A DNA stretch of 64,000 nucleotides from Spirochaetota bacterium (GCA_963664815.2 CAXXHB010000003.1:2336001-2400000); one strand, 5' to 3'; positions 29,844-39,547 are shown, numbered from the stretch's first letter. Made by a program: numbers and translations. Notes: a model not told the origin generated them from the letters alone.

Positions 29844-30520
29844 TTATATCACTCTTTTAAAGGGTAGAATGTTATCTATTCTGGCCCCTTTCTCTATAAG
29901 ATCAGGTCTTGAAAATTGAGCATACCTTGCCTGGGTAGTGGTTATATGCTGATGTCGCAAAATATGCTGAACATCTGTCATATCCAACCCCTCATTTAAT
30001 AAAGTTTGTGCTGTAAGGTGCCTCAAATCATGAAATCTAAAATTAGTCCCGTTTTTGATATGGCCGAATGGTAATATTTTTATCAGCTTTCCCCATTGTT
30101 TCCTAAGCTGATCCATAGTGTAAAGGTCAGCAACCACATACTTGCCCTTGACATCAAGGGATTTTAATACCTCCTGTAATACCGGACTGACCGGCACAAG
30201 CCCGGAACGTTTACCCTTAGTTTTAGTCTCAGATAGAAGTATACGGTTATAATTAAACTGCACTTCACTCCACTCAAGACTGTATATCTCACCTCGCCGC
30301 ATTCCAGATAACAAAGCAATAATAATAACATTACAAAGCATGGGAGTAACTTCATTTGCCTTTTCCAGCAGAATTGTAATTTCATCCCTGTTTAAAGCAA
30401 CCTACCTGAAATTAAGTTCTGCTTTCTTTGTTTTAAGAAAAGGATTGCTGCGATTGTAAATTGGTACTTGACATACCCCTTTTCCACACCGGATTGATCC
30501 TTGACTTCTTTAAACCCCAT
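29844..30520 (-). pseudogene. Tyrosine recombinase/integrase, internally deleted with an in-frame stop
   Basis: The catalytic half is intact (SGMRRGE, FHDLRH, LRH, ARY). The same frame continues upstream as NPFLKTKKAELNFR*VALNRDEITILLE with TAG at 30402-30404. An AGGAG-ATG start at 30520 (MGFKEVKDQSGVEKGYVKYQFTI) is out of frame, and most of the N-terminal and core-binding region is missing. Confidence 0.8.
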
Positions 30521-30983
30521 ATTTCTCTCCTTAAATAAACATGGGGTTACGTTGCGTTATGTAGAACCTAACCCCATTAATCCGAATTGTCAATTGATTT
30601 TGTTATTTCGTTTTAGAACGGAGATTACTTCATCGGGGTCGTAAAGGTAGTGCTTGCCAACCTTATAGGCCGGGATACGCTTTTCCCGCGTATACTTGCC
30701 TGATGGTATAGGCTGGGATTGAAATGACTTCTGAAAGTCGTATAGTGGTTAATAACTTGTGCGATGCCACGATGTTTAAGTCTGCATTTTCCATATTGTT
30801 CTGTTGTCTTTGCATGGCATACCTCCATTTATGTTTTCTTAACACCAGTATCCCGAGTGTTGTGTTTTTGTAAACTTTTAAATCGAAGAAAACTTATTAC
30901 ATGTTAAAAATGTTGCACTCTTCCCTTTAAACATATAGTCAAGCAGATTAAAGGCTTAGCGAACAGTGCTAAGCCTTCTCATT

Positions 30984-32927
30984 CTACAATGTTTTCAATA
31001 AATAATCTGGATATCCCACAATTTTAAGTACTGAATTCCATATTCTCAGAGATCTATCCTCAATGAATGTTCGAAGGAGCTCTCCGCCAGTTTCCTGTTC
31101 TCTTGCTTCAAGAAGCCTTTCTATCTCGAAACAGGTAGACATCTCTGATTCCGAAACGCAATGTTCTGTCTTAATAAATTTTTTATTGAAATAGGTTTCT
31201 TCACAACCTTCTGCAGAATTGAACTTATGTGTCGGGGGTTTATCCTGAAACACACGATTGGCCCTTGCATCAATTATTGAAAAATTACCTATATAGTTCA
31301 GTAGTCCAACATAGTTCATATGAAAGTTATTACCTTTAATCCGGAACTTATTTCGAGCATAATTATATGCGTTAAGATGATCAAGATCTATAGTTTTATG
31401 TTTTACACCTTGGAAAATTGAAAGAATAATAGGCATGTTCTCATTACTCGAAGCAAGGTTCAATATATTGATTGAATTTTTATATTGTAAATCATTCTTT
31501 TTATCTGGCAGTTTGTCAGGATCAATGGACAGTTTATCAGGATATGGTTCAAGAGGTCTGCTATATTTTACCCTGGCATAATCAAAACAGTATTCCTGCA
31601 TCTTTTCATCGTCATATGGAAATATTTCACCCTTAGTTCCGGCATTCCATGCTACGCTAAGAGTTTCCCTATCAAATCTGCCTTTACCATGAGTCTTCGA
31701 TCCGAAAATACTTACCCAGAATAAATAGCTTATTATAGGTTGGATAAAAGTCATATCATCAACAGCCGGTAATTCTTTCCCTTTTCTGTATTGAAATGCC
31801 CATGCAATTACTGTCATTAAGTAAAAATGATTAATTTTACCAGCAGCAAAATACAAATGTTGTCTTGCTACTTTACTTGCCCATCTAACAGCTTCAATAA
31901 ATGGTGTATCCTTATCTATTGGAGTCAACTCTCTCATCTTTAGAACCAGGGGATAACTGCCATCTTTTTCATCATACCTTATGTGCTGAAGCTGCACATT
32001 AACCGGATCAAACGGTTTATCAAGTGATTTAGCTGCGCATCTGGCAAGACAGATGATAGCACTTGATCGAGTAAGCAAGCTTTCATTATTAACAATTGGA
32101 GCAAGGTGTTCTTCCGCATCATGCCATTCTTTTTTAATACCGGTAAAGAAAACGTCAACACCACTTAACGGGAGACCTCCTGTATTAATCCGTATAAAAA
32201 CATGGAAAATATCTTCAAGGTCTTTATGATCATCATTAAGAAAATGAACTGGAATGGTATTAGCTGTTAAAGCATACTTAATGGAATTTGAAATATTACC
32301 CATTACTATTTCGTCAATCTCATCAAGGGCTGATGATTTTTGAAGCTGTTTCAAAGACAACTTCCCTTGTACCATTGAAACCATATCTTTAAATGCAACC
32401 CATCCATTCACTGGAGACCTTGGCATAAATTTCTCTTGTTTCCTATCCGCGTCATTTAGGTTATTTATATTAGATCTGGCACTCCAGTGATAATAATATC
32501 TCTGATTTATCTTTTCATTAAACTCTTTAACTCCTTTATTATCCATTGAGATATTGATAAAAAGATGCTTTGTTAATCCATCATCTTTATCAACATATCC
32601 TTCTCCGTTAAATGCCGACTTGATAGCTAAACATCGTTGCTGCCCATCTATTATATGAGTATATTCATATCCCGAAGGAGCTTCCTGTTCTTCCCTGAAT
32701 CTTTTACTTCCATCAATATTATAATATGAATCTTTACTATCCATTACGAGAATACTTCCTATAGGGAAACCTCGGAGTAGAGAATCAATAAGATTAATGA
32801 CTCTGAGTTTATCCCATTCAAAGGCTCTCTGAGCGACGCTTAATTTCCAACTTGAATTATCCGTTGTTTCTTTAATTATCTGCTCTACAGACATCAATGC
32901 AGATTTTCTATCTATCTGTTTATTCAT
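30984..32927 (-). CDS. DUF262 (GmrS/ParB-like) plus C-terminal HNH-like (GmrD/DUF1524-type) protein; putative modification-dependent restriction/defence nuclease
   Basis: QRAFEW, LIDSLLRGFPIGSIL, IIDGQQR and FIRINTGG; C-terminal DLDHL...IGNFSII...N. Confidence 0.82.
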   Translation of the reverse strand: MNKQIDRKSALMSVEQIIKETTDNSSWKLSVAQRAFEWDKLRVINLIDSLLRGFPIGSILVMDSKDSYYNIDGSKRFREEQEAPSGYEYTHIIDGQQRCLAIKSAFNGEGYVDKDDGLTKHLFINISMDNKGVKEFNEKINQRYYYHWSARSNINNLNDADRKQEKFMPRSPVNGWVAFKDMVSMVQGKLSLKQLQKSSALDEIDEIVMGNISNSIKYALTANTIPVHFLNDDHKDLEDIFHVFIRINTGGLPLSGVDVFFTGIKKEWHDAEEHLAPIVNNESLLTRSSAIICLARCAAKSLDKPFDPVNVQLQHIRYDEKDGSYPLVLKMRELTPIDKDTPFIEAVRWASKVARQHLYFAAGKINHFYLMTVIAWAFQYRKGKELPAVDDMTFIQPIISYLFWVSIFGSKTHGKGRFDRETLSVAWNAGTKGEIFPYDDEKMQEYCFDYARVKYSRPLEPYPDKLSIDPDKLPDKKNDLQYKNSINILNLASSNENMPIILSIFQGVKHKTIDLDHLNAYNYARNKFRIKGNNFHMNYVGLLNYIGNFSIIDARANRVFQDKPPTHKFNSAEGCEETYFNKKFIKTEHCVSESEMSTCFEIERLLEAREQETGGELLRTFIEDRSLRIWNSVLKIVGYPDYLLKTL

Positions 32928-32985
32928 TTATATCACCAATAATTTAGATTATGAGCTTATGTATATAACTGAAACTTCTAAAGAG

Positions 32986-33534
32986 TCAAGCCATATAAGT
33001 GCAATATTTCTCCTTAACTTCAAGTCCCTCGGCAGACTCCCACATCCGATACATAATCTTAAGTCCGGCGATAGTAGAATCATCCTTCCTGCACTTTCCA
33101 ACAAGCTTAGATTCAGATGTATACTCGATCACAAGACCATTCTCATACCTGTACCAGGGAATAAAAGGGACATTCGGGATCTTGCCATACTCCATAGTCT
33201 GATAACCTTTTACTTCCTCAAAAGAGCTTGTTATTATTTCAGAAACCTTAGCAGTTGTACGGCCTGTAATACCGACACCGAAAAGTTCATTTGCTGATCC
33301 GAAATCACCATAAAAGATGGTAAACTTCTTTTCTCTGATTGTTTTGTTCTTAGACTCTGCTATCTTTTTAAGTGCCCGGAATAGTTGAATCTCCACTGGT
33401 AAAGTATATGTAGACATATCATACCCTGTCTGAATCGCCTGACTGTCAAATTCCCAGATAAGAACATTCTGATAGTCTGAAATAAAATCTGTATATTTAT
33501 CAAATATGTCTGATTGTTTCATAGTATCCTCCAT
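32986..33534 (-). CDS. Hypothetical island protein
   Basis: 182-aa ORF upstream of the DUF262 gene. GGAGG precedes MKQSD, the likely start at 33522. Confidence 0.6.
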   Translation of the reverse strand: MEDTMKQSDIFDKYTDFISDYQNVLIWEFDSQAIQTGYDMSTYTLPVEIQLFRALKKIAESKNKTIREKKFTIFYGDFGSANELFGVGITGRTTAKVSEIITSSFEEVKGYQTMEYGKIPNVPFIPWYRYENGLVIEYTSESKLVGKCRKDDSTIAGLKIMYRMWESAEGLEVKEKYCTYMA

Positions 33535-33543
33535 CGATCTTAA

Positions 33544-33574
33544 TAAAAAGCCCCTGCCTGGATAGGCAGAGGCA
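33544..33574 (-). terminator. Terminator after ssb
   Basis: Minus strand reads GCCTCTGCCTATCCAGGCAGGGGC followed by TTTTTATT. Confidence 0.6.
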
Positions 33575-33583
33575 ATGAGTTTC

Positions 33584-33934
33584 TTACTGTGCAGCTTCAG
33601 TCATGATACTTGCTCCACCCTCTGTTATCGGTTTGTGTCCAAAATCAAATTGTTCTAGAACTATACTCACATCATAGACTGTTTTCTTGTTCTCATCTTC
33701 ATACGTGTACTGATCAAGTCTTCCTGTAATGAAAAGCTCAGATCCGACTTTTACATGTTCTGCAATGATCTTCGCTTGATTCCCCCAGGCTGTTACCTTG
33801 TAGAATCCTGTTTTCTTGCTGTTACCGAAGTGGACATCATTTGCAATGAAGAATGTGCAGAGAGCGTTGTTGTTCTCAAGCTCCTTAAGGCTGGTTTCTT
33901 TGATGATACGGCCATTAATACATACTTTGTTCAT
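33584..33934 (-). CDS. ssb: Single-stranded DNA-binding protein of mobile-element type (no acidic DDIPF tail)
   Basis: MNKVCINGRI...FYKVTAWGNQAK...KVGSELFITGRL OB-fold signature; short C-terminus. Confidence 0.88.
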   Translation of the reverse strand: MNKVCINGRIIKETSLKELENNNALCTFFIANDVHFGNSKKTGFYKVTAWGNQAKIIAEHVKVGSELFITGRLDQYTYEDENKKTVYDVSIVLEQFDFGHKPITEGGASIMTEAAQ

Positions 33935-34072
33935 GGGTAAACCCCCAAATACTATAGATTTAATTATTGCAGCAACTCGTACTGCAACTTATTGGGATAA
34001 TATAACACAGGAAGTACGACACACAGTGACCTATACGTTTATGTAGCATTGAAAATCTGAAAGTAATGAGAA

Positions 34073-34313
34073 CTACTTTGACTTGAAAAGATGAGCCGGG
34101 TTAATACAAATCTTATTGTTACAACTATGTCTTATTCTTTCTCCTGATTCGATAGGCTTAATCCTTTCATTGTACATCATTCGGTGCAGATATCCTTTTA
34201 TAAATACCCTGTTAATAAAAATGTTACCTGCTGTATTTGGGCTTATTAGATATCACCATCCAATAGCCGGTTTTCTCATCAATTTTGTAACTTACTCCGT
34301 AAAAATGTGGCAT
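34073..34313 (-). pseudogene. Frameshifted HNH endonuclease (HNH_3 / zinc-binding-loop type)
   Basis: Not in the ORF track. ATG at 34313 gives MPHFYGVSYKIDEKTGYWMVISNKP. After a one-base shift near 34240 the frame reads NTAGNIFINRVFIKGYLHRMMYNERIKPIESGERIRHSCNNKICINPAHLFKSK*, matching HR..Y...PI..G...H.C.N..C.NP.HL. Length is 241 nt (3n+1). Confidence 0.75.
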
Positions 34314-34380
34314 AAACTCTCTCTTTAATACTAGCGGTGTCATTATATAAATTAATGTCCACTATATCAGGGGAAGATCA

Positions 34381-34420
34381 GATTTAATCAGAGGTTTTTC
34401 ATTTTTCTACCTCAGATCCG
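34381..34420 (+). repeat. Right attachment-site direct repeat
   Basis: Copy of 29754-29792: 20/20 identity, then about 15/19 after a 1-nt gap. Confidence 0.8.
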
Positions 34421-34602
34421 ACAATATCTGCGATGAAGTGCTGACTTCTCCGGCACAATTAAAACGATATTACGCCCCCTTTGAGGCAGGACAGGTGCTT
34501 ACGTTTCACCTTAAATATATAAAATGCTTGATAAAATCCATATTAACGCTTCAATACAGAATCATGAACTGAATAAAAAAATAAATTATCAGGGGAGCCA
34601 TT

Positions 34603-34875
34603 ATGAAGAAAATCGTTTTACTTCTTTCTGCTTTAACAATACTGTTTTATATTTCAGGCTGCTTATCAACTCAAAATTCTGATTCCAATTCTCAATCCGG
34701 CAACTCACAAACAACAGGCTTTAAAGCAGAATGCAAGGCTGAATGTATGAACAAAGCATCTAATTCATCATGTTTCAGAGTAGATGAACTACCGAATCGT
34801 ATAACGGCACCCAGCCTTGTGCAGATTGTAAGATTCTGGTGTCCAAATACTTCCAACAAATATGGAATAAGATAA
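34603..34875 (+). CDS. Small lipoprotein with Ser/Asn linker and Cys-rich domain
   Basis: Lipobox ISGC; GGGGAG RBS; ECKAECMNK...C...C. Confidence 0.6.
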   Translation: MKKIVLLLSALTILFYISGCLSTQNSDSNSQSGNSQTTGFKAECKAECMNKASNSSCFRVDELPNRITAPSLVQIVRFWCPNTSNKYGIR

Positions 34876-35258
34876 TATAATCCTTCTGAAAACTATATAA
34901 TTAAAACCGGCATTAAAGATATCAGAGATTAATCAATAATATTTAATTGTAAAAGCTGAACTGTCAGTTTCCCGCAGCAGGCTGTGGGGAACTGACAGTT
35001 CATGATACCAGATAATAAGCTATATGCCAAACTAAACTGAACAAAATAAATTCGGTTCACCCCGGTCTTAAAATCAAACTTAACATTCACTGGATATCCA
35101 TTAGATAATTTTTTAAAAAAAACACACAGATTTATAAACCTGGTCGAATTTTTTTAAAATTTCAGATTAAACTATCACGTTTTAACACATACCTGTTTTA
35201 AACAGGTGGAAACATATATAAAACCCGGTAACGGGTTAATAATGATTCAGGAAAGTTT

Positions 35259-36644
35259 ATGAACTTAAAAAAGATATTAGTATTGATGGTACTTGTTTCT
35301 GCGCTGTCTCTGCCGGCATCTGCAGAAGTTGTCTTCCTTAAGGATGGATCGATCTTTGACGGCACAATAGTAAGCGACGGTGCAAAATCTATAATTTTAC
35401 GCGATAAACAGAAAAAGACAAAGACGATACAGCGCAGCGATATATTGCGTATACTCTATACCGAACTCAAGATGGGGAAGATATACATCCAGAAGCGTGA
35501 CGGCAAGGGTATTGTTGCATTCATGGTTGATGAGGACAGGGAATCATATACATTCAGGATGGATTTATACAAACCGGAAGAGTTTATACTCAAAAGGAGC
35601 GATGTACTCTTTATTTCCGAGAAAAACCCCTCAGGACTGCAGACAGACGGCGATGTCGGAACAGACAGGGTTTCACTCAAATGGCTCCCGCCATATGATG
35701 CCGTAAAACGATACAATATCTATACGAAAAAGAGCGAAAAGGATAATTACGAGAAAACAGAGAGTACAGGGGGCAAGTCAATCACCCTTAAAAAGCTTTC
35801 CAGCAACACAACCTATTTTATCATTGTAACAAGTGTAGACACAACTGACTACGAGTCACCTCCAAGCAATGAAATCAAGATAAAGACCAAAAATATCCCC
35901 CCATATAAACCTGCAGGCATTGTACGTGAAAAAAAAGGGAATAAGCAGATTGTTAGATGGGAGGAATCAAAAGACCCCGACGGAATTGTCACCGGATATA
36001 ATATCTACAAACGCGGCGGAAAGATTCGTGAAAAAATTGCAACTGTCAAGAAAACTGAATACGCAGTGCCTGACGATGTATCCATATACAGGCTTGAGAT
36101 AACATCAATGGACGACCTCAATGCGGAGTCGGACAGGGTGCAGATGCTGCGTCCGCTGCAGCTTGTAATTTCACTGGCGCCTGCAGGATTTATGTCATCC
36201 GGGAAACTGGGCAGCAGTTTTAATCCAGGTTACGGCGGCCTTGTAAATATAGGTCTGCGCAACTTCATTTTTCAGAACTTCGAGGCCGGCATCAGTTCCG
36301 GGTACATTTCAATCAGCGGTAAGGAGAAGGACAACATGGACAGATGGGTCTTTATTCCTGCTGCGATGTACACCGGATACCATCTGAGAGCAGGAGACTG
36401 GTTTTCGTTTTTTCCCTACATTAAGGGTGGAGAGACTGTTTCGCTGGTTAAATATACAGGCTTCGCCGGTGATAAAAGCAAAACAGTTATTGATCCGGTT
36501 GCAGCGGCGGGCCTTGCGCTTACAGGGAGCAGTGACAGTTTTACATTCTCCATTGGGGGGGATTACGGCGTACTGGCCGAGAGCAAAGGTTTGAAGTCTT
36601 TTTACGAGGTATATTTAAGCTGTGGAATACTGATAGAGTTATAG
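35259..36644 (+). CDS. Secreted protein: N-terminal beta repeats, two FN3 domains, C-terminal outer-membrane beta-barrel (paralog A)
   Basis: Signal peptide; VVFLKDGS; FN3 motifs VSLKWLPP..YNIY..LSSNTTYFIIVTSVD..ES..SN; amphipathic C-terminal strands. Confidence 0.75.
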   Translation: MNLKKILVLMVLVSALSLPASAEVVFLKDGSIFDGTIVSDGAKSIILRDKQKKTKTIQRSDILRILYTELKMGKIYIQKRDGKGIVAFMVDEDRESYTFRMDLYKPEEFILKRSDVLFISEKNPSGLQTDGDVGTDRVSLKWLPPYDAVKRYNIYTKKSEKDNYEKTESTGGKSITLKKLSSNTTYFIIVTSVDTTDYESPPSNEIKIKTKNIPPYKPAGIVREKKGNKQIVRWEESKDPDGIVTGYNIYKRGGKIREKIATVKKTEYAVPDDVSIYRLEITSMDDLNAESDRVQMLRPLQLVISLAPAGFMSSGKLGSSFNPGYGGLVNIGLRNFIFQNFEAGISSGYISISGKEKDNMDRWVFIPAAMYTGYHLRAGDWFSFFPYIKGGETVSLVKYTGFAGDKSKTVIDPVAAAGLALTGSSDSFTFSIGGDYGVLAESKGLKSFYEVYLSCGILIEL

Positions 36645-36709
36645 CGGCTTCATCTCTCATCCACTCCATAGTACAGAGAATGAGAATATGTTATCAAGGA
36701 GTTGAATAT

Positions 36710-37867
36710 ATGAAATTTATAAAAATAATAATTTTAATGATACTACCCCTTATGCTTGGCGCATGCGAAGCGGGTTTTGACAGTATACTGAATGATGCAA
36801 GCAACGCAGATGCCGCACTGGCAAGCGTGACTTTGTCTGCCGGAAGTATCAGCCCCGCATTTGAAAGGGGGGTTACAAGTTATACGGTTAATGCAGGTGC
36901 AAATACAGACTCTCTCAACATTACCGCAGTGCCGGTTAAATCCGATTCAAAAATGCAGTACAGCATAGACAGCGGAACCTGGTCTGATTTATCAGGCGCA
37001 CAGGCAGTCTCAGGGCTGCTTGCTGCAACCAATTACACAAAAAAGTTTGAGATTCAGATTACATCAAATGACGGTAAAGGAATTGCCATATACAGTTTTA
37101 CTGTTGTATCACAACTGACAAAGATAAAAGTAACCTACAACGGCAATGGCAATACGGGTGGAACTGTCCCTTCAGACAGTACTGATTACCTTGTCGGTGC
37201 AGAGGTTACTGTAAAAAGTTCATGGAGTTCTACTACCGGCAACATGGTAAAGATTGAAGATACATCAGTCACAACCTCGAAGGCTTATCGCTGTTCAGGA
37301 TGGACCGATGGTACTAATACATACGCTGAAGGGGATAAATTCACAGTCAGTTCATCTTCGGTAACATTAACAGCTGTCTGGACTGAATATGCCGTCGGCG
37401 ATACAGGCCCGTCGGGCGGGAAAGTCTTTTATGTTGGTTCAGGCTATACAACAGGTGTTTCAAGCGGAAACTGGAGATATATGGAGGCTGCACCGTCAGA
37501 TGTTGGCTACTATAAATGGAGCAGCAGTAGTGCCAGTATTTCACAAACAGATGCACAAGATATTGGTACGGGATATGAGAATACGCAGGCCATTGTAAAC
37601 ACTAATTCCTCCGATAATAATGCAGCCGTCGCATGTAATTCACAGAATTATTGTTCATATAGCGGGTGGTTTCTCCCTTCAATAAATGAATTGTTAATCA
37701 TGGGTACAGTGTGCGGTCTGGACACCGACTATCCCACCGACTATCCCATCGGTTACTGGAGTTCAAGCCAGTATACTTCGTCGCAGGCATGCAGGGATGT
37801 AAGGAACAGTATATGGTCAATAGAAAAAAATATAGGCTGTTACGTCCGCGCTGCACGACGTTTCTGA
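36710..37867 (+). CDS. Lipoprotein with cadherin-like beta-sandwich, InlB B-repeat and C-terminal DUF1566/CLec-like domain
   Basis: Lipobox LGAC; SPAFERGVTSYTV; VTYNGNGNTGGTVP...LTAVW; YAVGDTGPSGGKVFY, WFLPSINEL, YWSSSQ, VRAARRF. AAGGAG precedes ATG at 36710. Confidence 0.8.
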   Translation: MKFIKIIILMILPLMLGACEAGFDSILNDASNADAALASVTLSAGSISPAFERGVTSYTVNAGANTDSLNITAVPVKSDSKMQYSIDSGTWSDLSGAQAVSGLLAATNYTKKFEIQITSNDGKGIAIYSFTVVSQLTKIKVTYNGNGNTGGTVPSDSTDYLVGAEVTVKSSWSSTTGNMVKIEDTSVTTSKAYRCSGWTDGTNTYAEGDKFTVSSSSVTLTAVWTEYAVGDTGPSGGKVFYVGSGYTTGVSSGNWRYMEAAPSDVGYYKWSSSSASISQTDAQDIGTGYENTQAIVNTNSSDNNAAVACNSQNYCSYSGWFLPSINELLIMGTVCGLDTDYPTDYPIGYWSSSQYTSSQACRDVRNSIWSIEKNIGCYVRAARRF

Positions 37868-37952
37868 TCTTTTACTGCCGCAGAAAGAAAAAAACATTTC
37901 TGCATATATAAATCTCTTCCACATCATTCATGATGTATTATACTCAGGTGTG

Positions 37953-38096
37953 TCAGTTTTCATGTCCTGTTTTATATTTAAGTATACCGCCACAATGATA
38001 ACATGGTATATCTTTGATTTTTTGTATGTCGTTTAAATCGTCATACTCAATCTTTCGTATTAATCCACAAGTACACTCGCCTGACACTTTTAACAT
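37953..38096 (-). CDS. 47-aa zinc-ribbon microprotein
   Basis: Below the ORF-track cutoff. MLKVSGECTCGLIRKIEYDDLNDIQKIKDIPCYHCGGILKYKTGHEN* has CxCG and CxxCGG knuckles; purine-rich GGGAAG/AAGGA upstream. Confidence 0.6.
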   Translation of the reverse strand: MLKVSGECTCGLIRKIEYDDLNDIQKIKDIPCYHCGGILKYKTGHEN

Positions 38097-38442
38097 TCCT
38101 TCACTTCCCGATAGAGTATAAAATAATTACTGAAAGAGGGATTTCATATATTATCCGGAAACAAAGTCCGCTGCCAGGGCTGTGAGGAACCGGCTGCCGG
38201 TAACAAATAATTAACAATTATTCCTGTTTTTCCGGTATAATATCCCTTTTCTGTATAAAATTGACTCTTATAGTCAATAGTGCGGCAATCTCTGCAGTAT
38301 TCAAGTGTTTTTCATAAAATCTCAGAAATATCGACCCGTTTTTAAACGAAATGTTCCATCCATTTAAATAATTTAAAACCAGTTGCAGCAGAAGTGCCAT
38401 TAAAGCACTACTGCTGCAACTGGCAAAAAGAGACACTGTTTT

Positions 38443-38946
38443 TTATTGTTCTACCTGTATCCCATTCTTAATCAGGTACCCGAAAAGAGCGGCAATTATA
38501 ATCCCCATAACTATTACTCCAAGCATTGCATATATTCTTGAATTGTCACCCTCCACTATAAAAAGTTCAGGATCTTTGCGGCTGTATCTTACTTTAAGAT
38601 CTGTACCTTCAGCATATTTTTTACCGGATCTCCCGCTCTGCTCTCTGGCATGTATCTTTTTACCATCATTTGTGGTATATTCAACTTCCATTGTGTACAT
38701 CGTAACCCTGCCATCGCTCCCTCCACTGCTCTGATATACACAATAACCTGTCACTTTCGCAGCTGCTGTATCGGAATCTCCGCGCCATGTCATCTCCATT
38801 TTAAGGGTAACTATACCAATAATAATAATTGCCACTCCCGAGAGCAGCATAATTATCTCCATGCTTATCCCCATATAATACATAATAACCGCCGCAAGGA
38901 TAAAACCCCCTATAAAAATAAACAGCCATTTTGATTTCATAGACAC
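38443..38946 (-). CDS. DUF3592-like membrane protein
   Basis: TM helices, then AKVTGY...VEYTTNDGK...GTDLKVRYSRKDPE, then a TM helix. Confidence 0.75.
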   Translation of the reverse strand: MSMKSKWLFIFIGGFILAAVIMYYMGISMEIIMLLSGVAIIIIGIVTLKMEMTWRGDSDTAAAKVTGYCVYQSSGGSDGRVTMYTMEVEYTTNDGKKIHAREQSGRSGKKYAEGTDLKVRYSRKDPELFIVEGDNSRIYAMLGVIVMGIIIAALFGYLIKNGIQVEQ

Positions 38947-39310
38947 ACCTCTTCTCTGTTTTTTAAGAATTTTTTTAAAGTATATAGTTAATCTTATTAA
39001 CTTTACCGCAACAACTTTACCGGATTCATCAGCAGCTTTATCTGTTTATTTATTTCTGAAAAAACAGCTTTTAACAATAAATGCTGAAGCAATTTTTAAG
39101 AAACAGGGGGTATCCGGATAAAACAGAAATCTGATTGACAACCGAGTTATAATCAGCATATTATGTTTATCATTGTCTGTTATAAATTAATCATCAGTTT
39201 TTACAATGTTGAAAACTCCGGCTGATATCGGTTACAGACGATTGTTGTACATCCGTGAATCTGCTGAATAGTACACCTTAATAACTACTGAAGAGGAAAG
39301 AAAAAAAATT

Positions 39311-39547
39311 ATGGATACATCTTATATTCAGATTATAATAATGCTGCTTTTTATACTTGGCGTAATCGGAGCAAAGAGCACATGGAGACTGACCAGGGCT
39401 CTTGCAGAATTCCTGGGTATTGGAATTGACAGCGTTGAGGGATTTGTTTTTTCGATAATCATCTTTATTATTGTTTTCGCTGTTCTGTCACCAGTCATGG
39501 GAGTGGTTACTATAATAAAGCGTGTAACGGGCACTCCGGTTAAATAA
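39311..39547 (+). CDS. Small membrane protein
   Basis: 78 aa with two hydrophobic helices; GAGG upstream. Confidence 0.55.
   Translation: MDTSYIQIIIMLLFILGVIGAKSTWRLTRALAEFLGIGIDSVEGFVFSIIIFIIVFAVLSPVMGVVTIIKRVTGTPVK

Larger units (their letters stand above)
29754..34420. mobile_element. Decayed integrative element / defence islet downstream of tRNA-Leu
   Basis: Exact 20-bp direct repeat GATTTAATCAGAGGTTTTTC at 29754-29773 and 34381-34400, with about 20 further imperfect bp. It encloses an integrase remnant, a DUF262 gene, a hypothetical gene, SSB and an HNH remnant. Confidence 0.8.

Noticed and set aside
30625-30845. Two short overlapping ORFs and a possible ncRNA inside the island
   Set aside because: No motifs, RBS or convincing structure; likely decayed element DNA.
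37868-38440. Possible DGR template repeat or c-di-GMP riboswitch downstream of the CLec gene
   Set aside because: No copy of the variable region and no match to the riboswitch consensus motifs that I could see.
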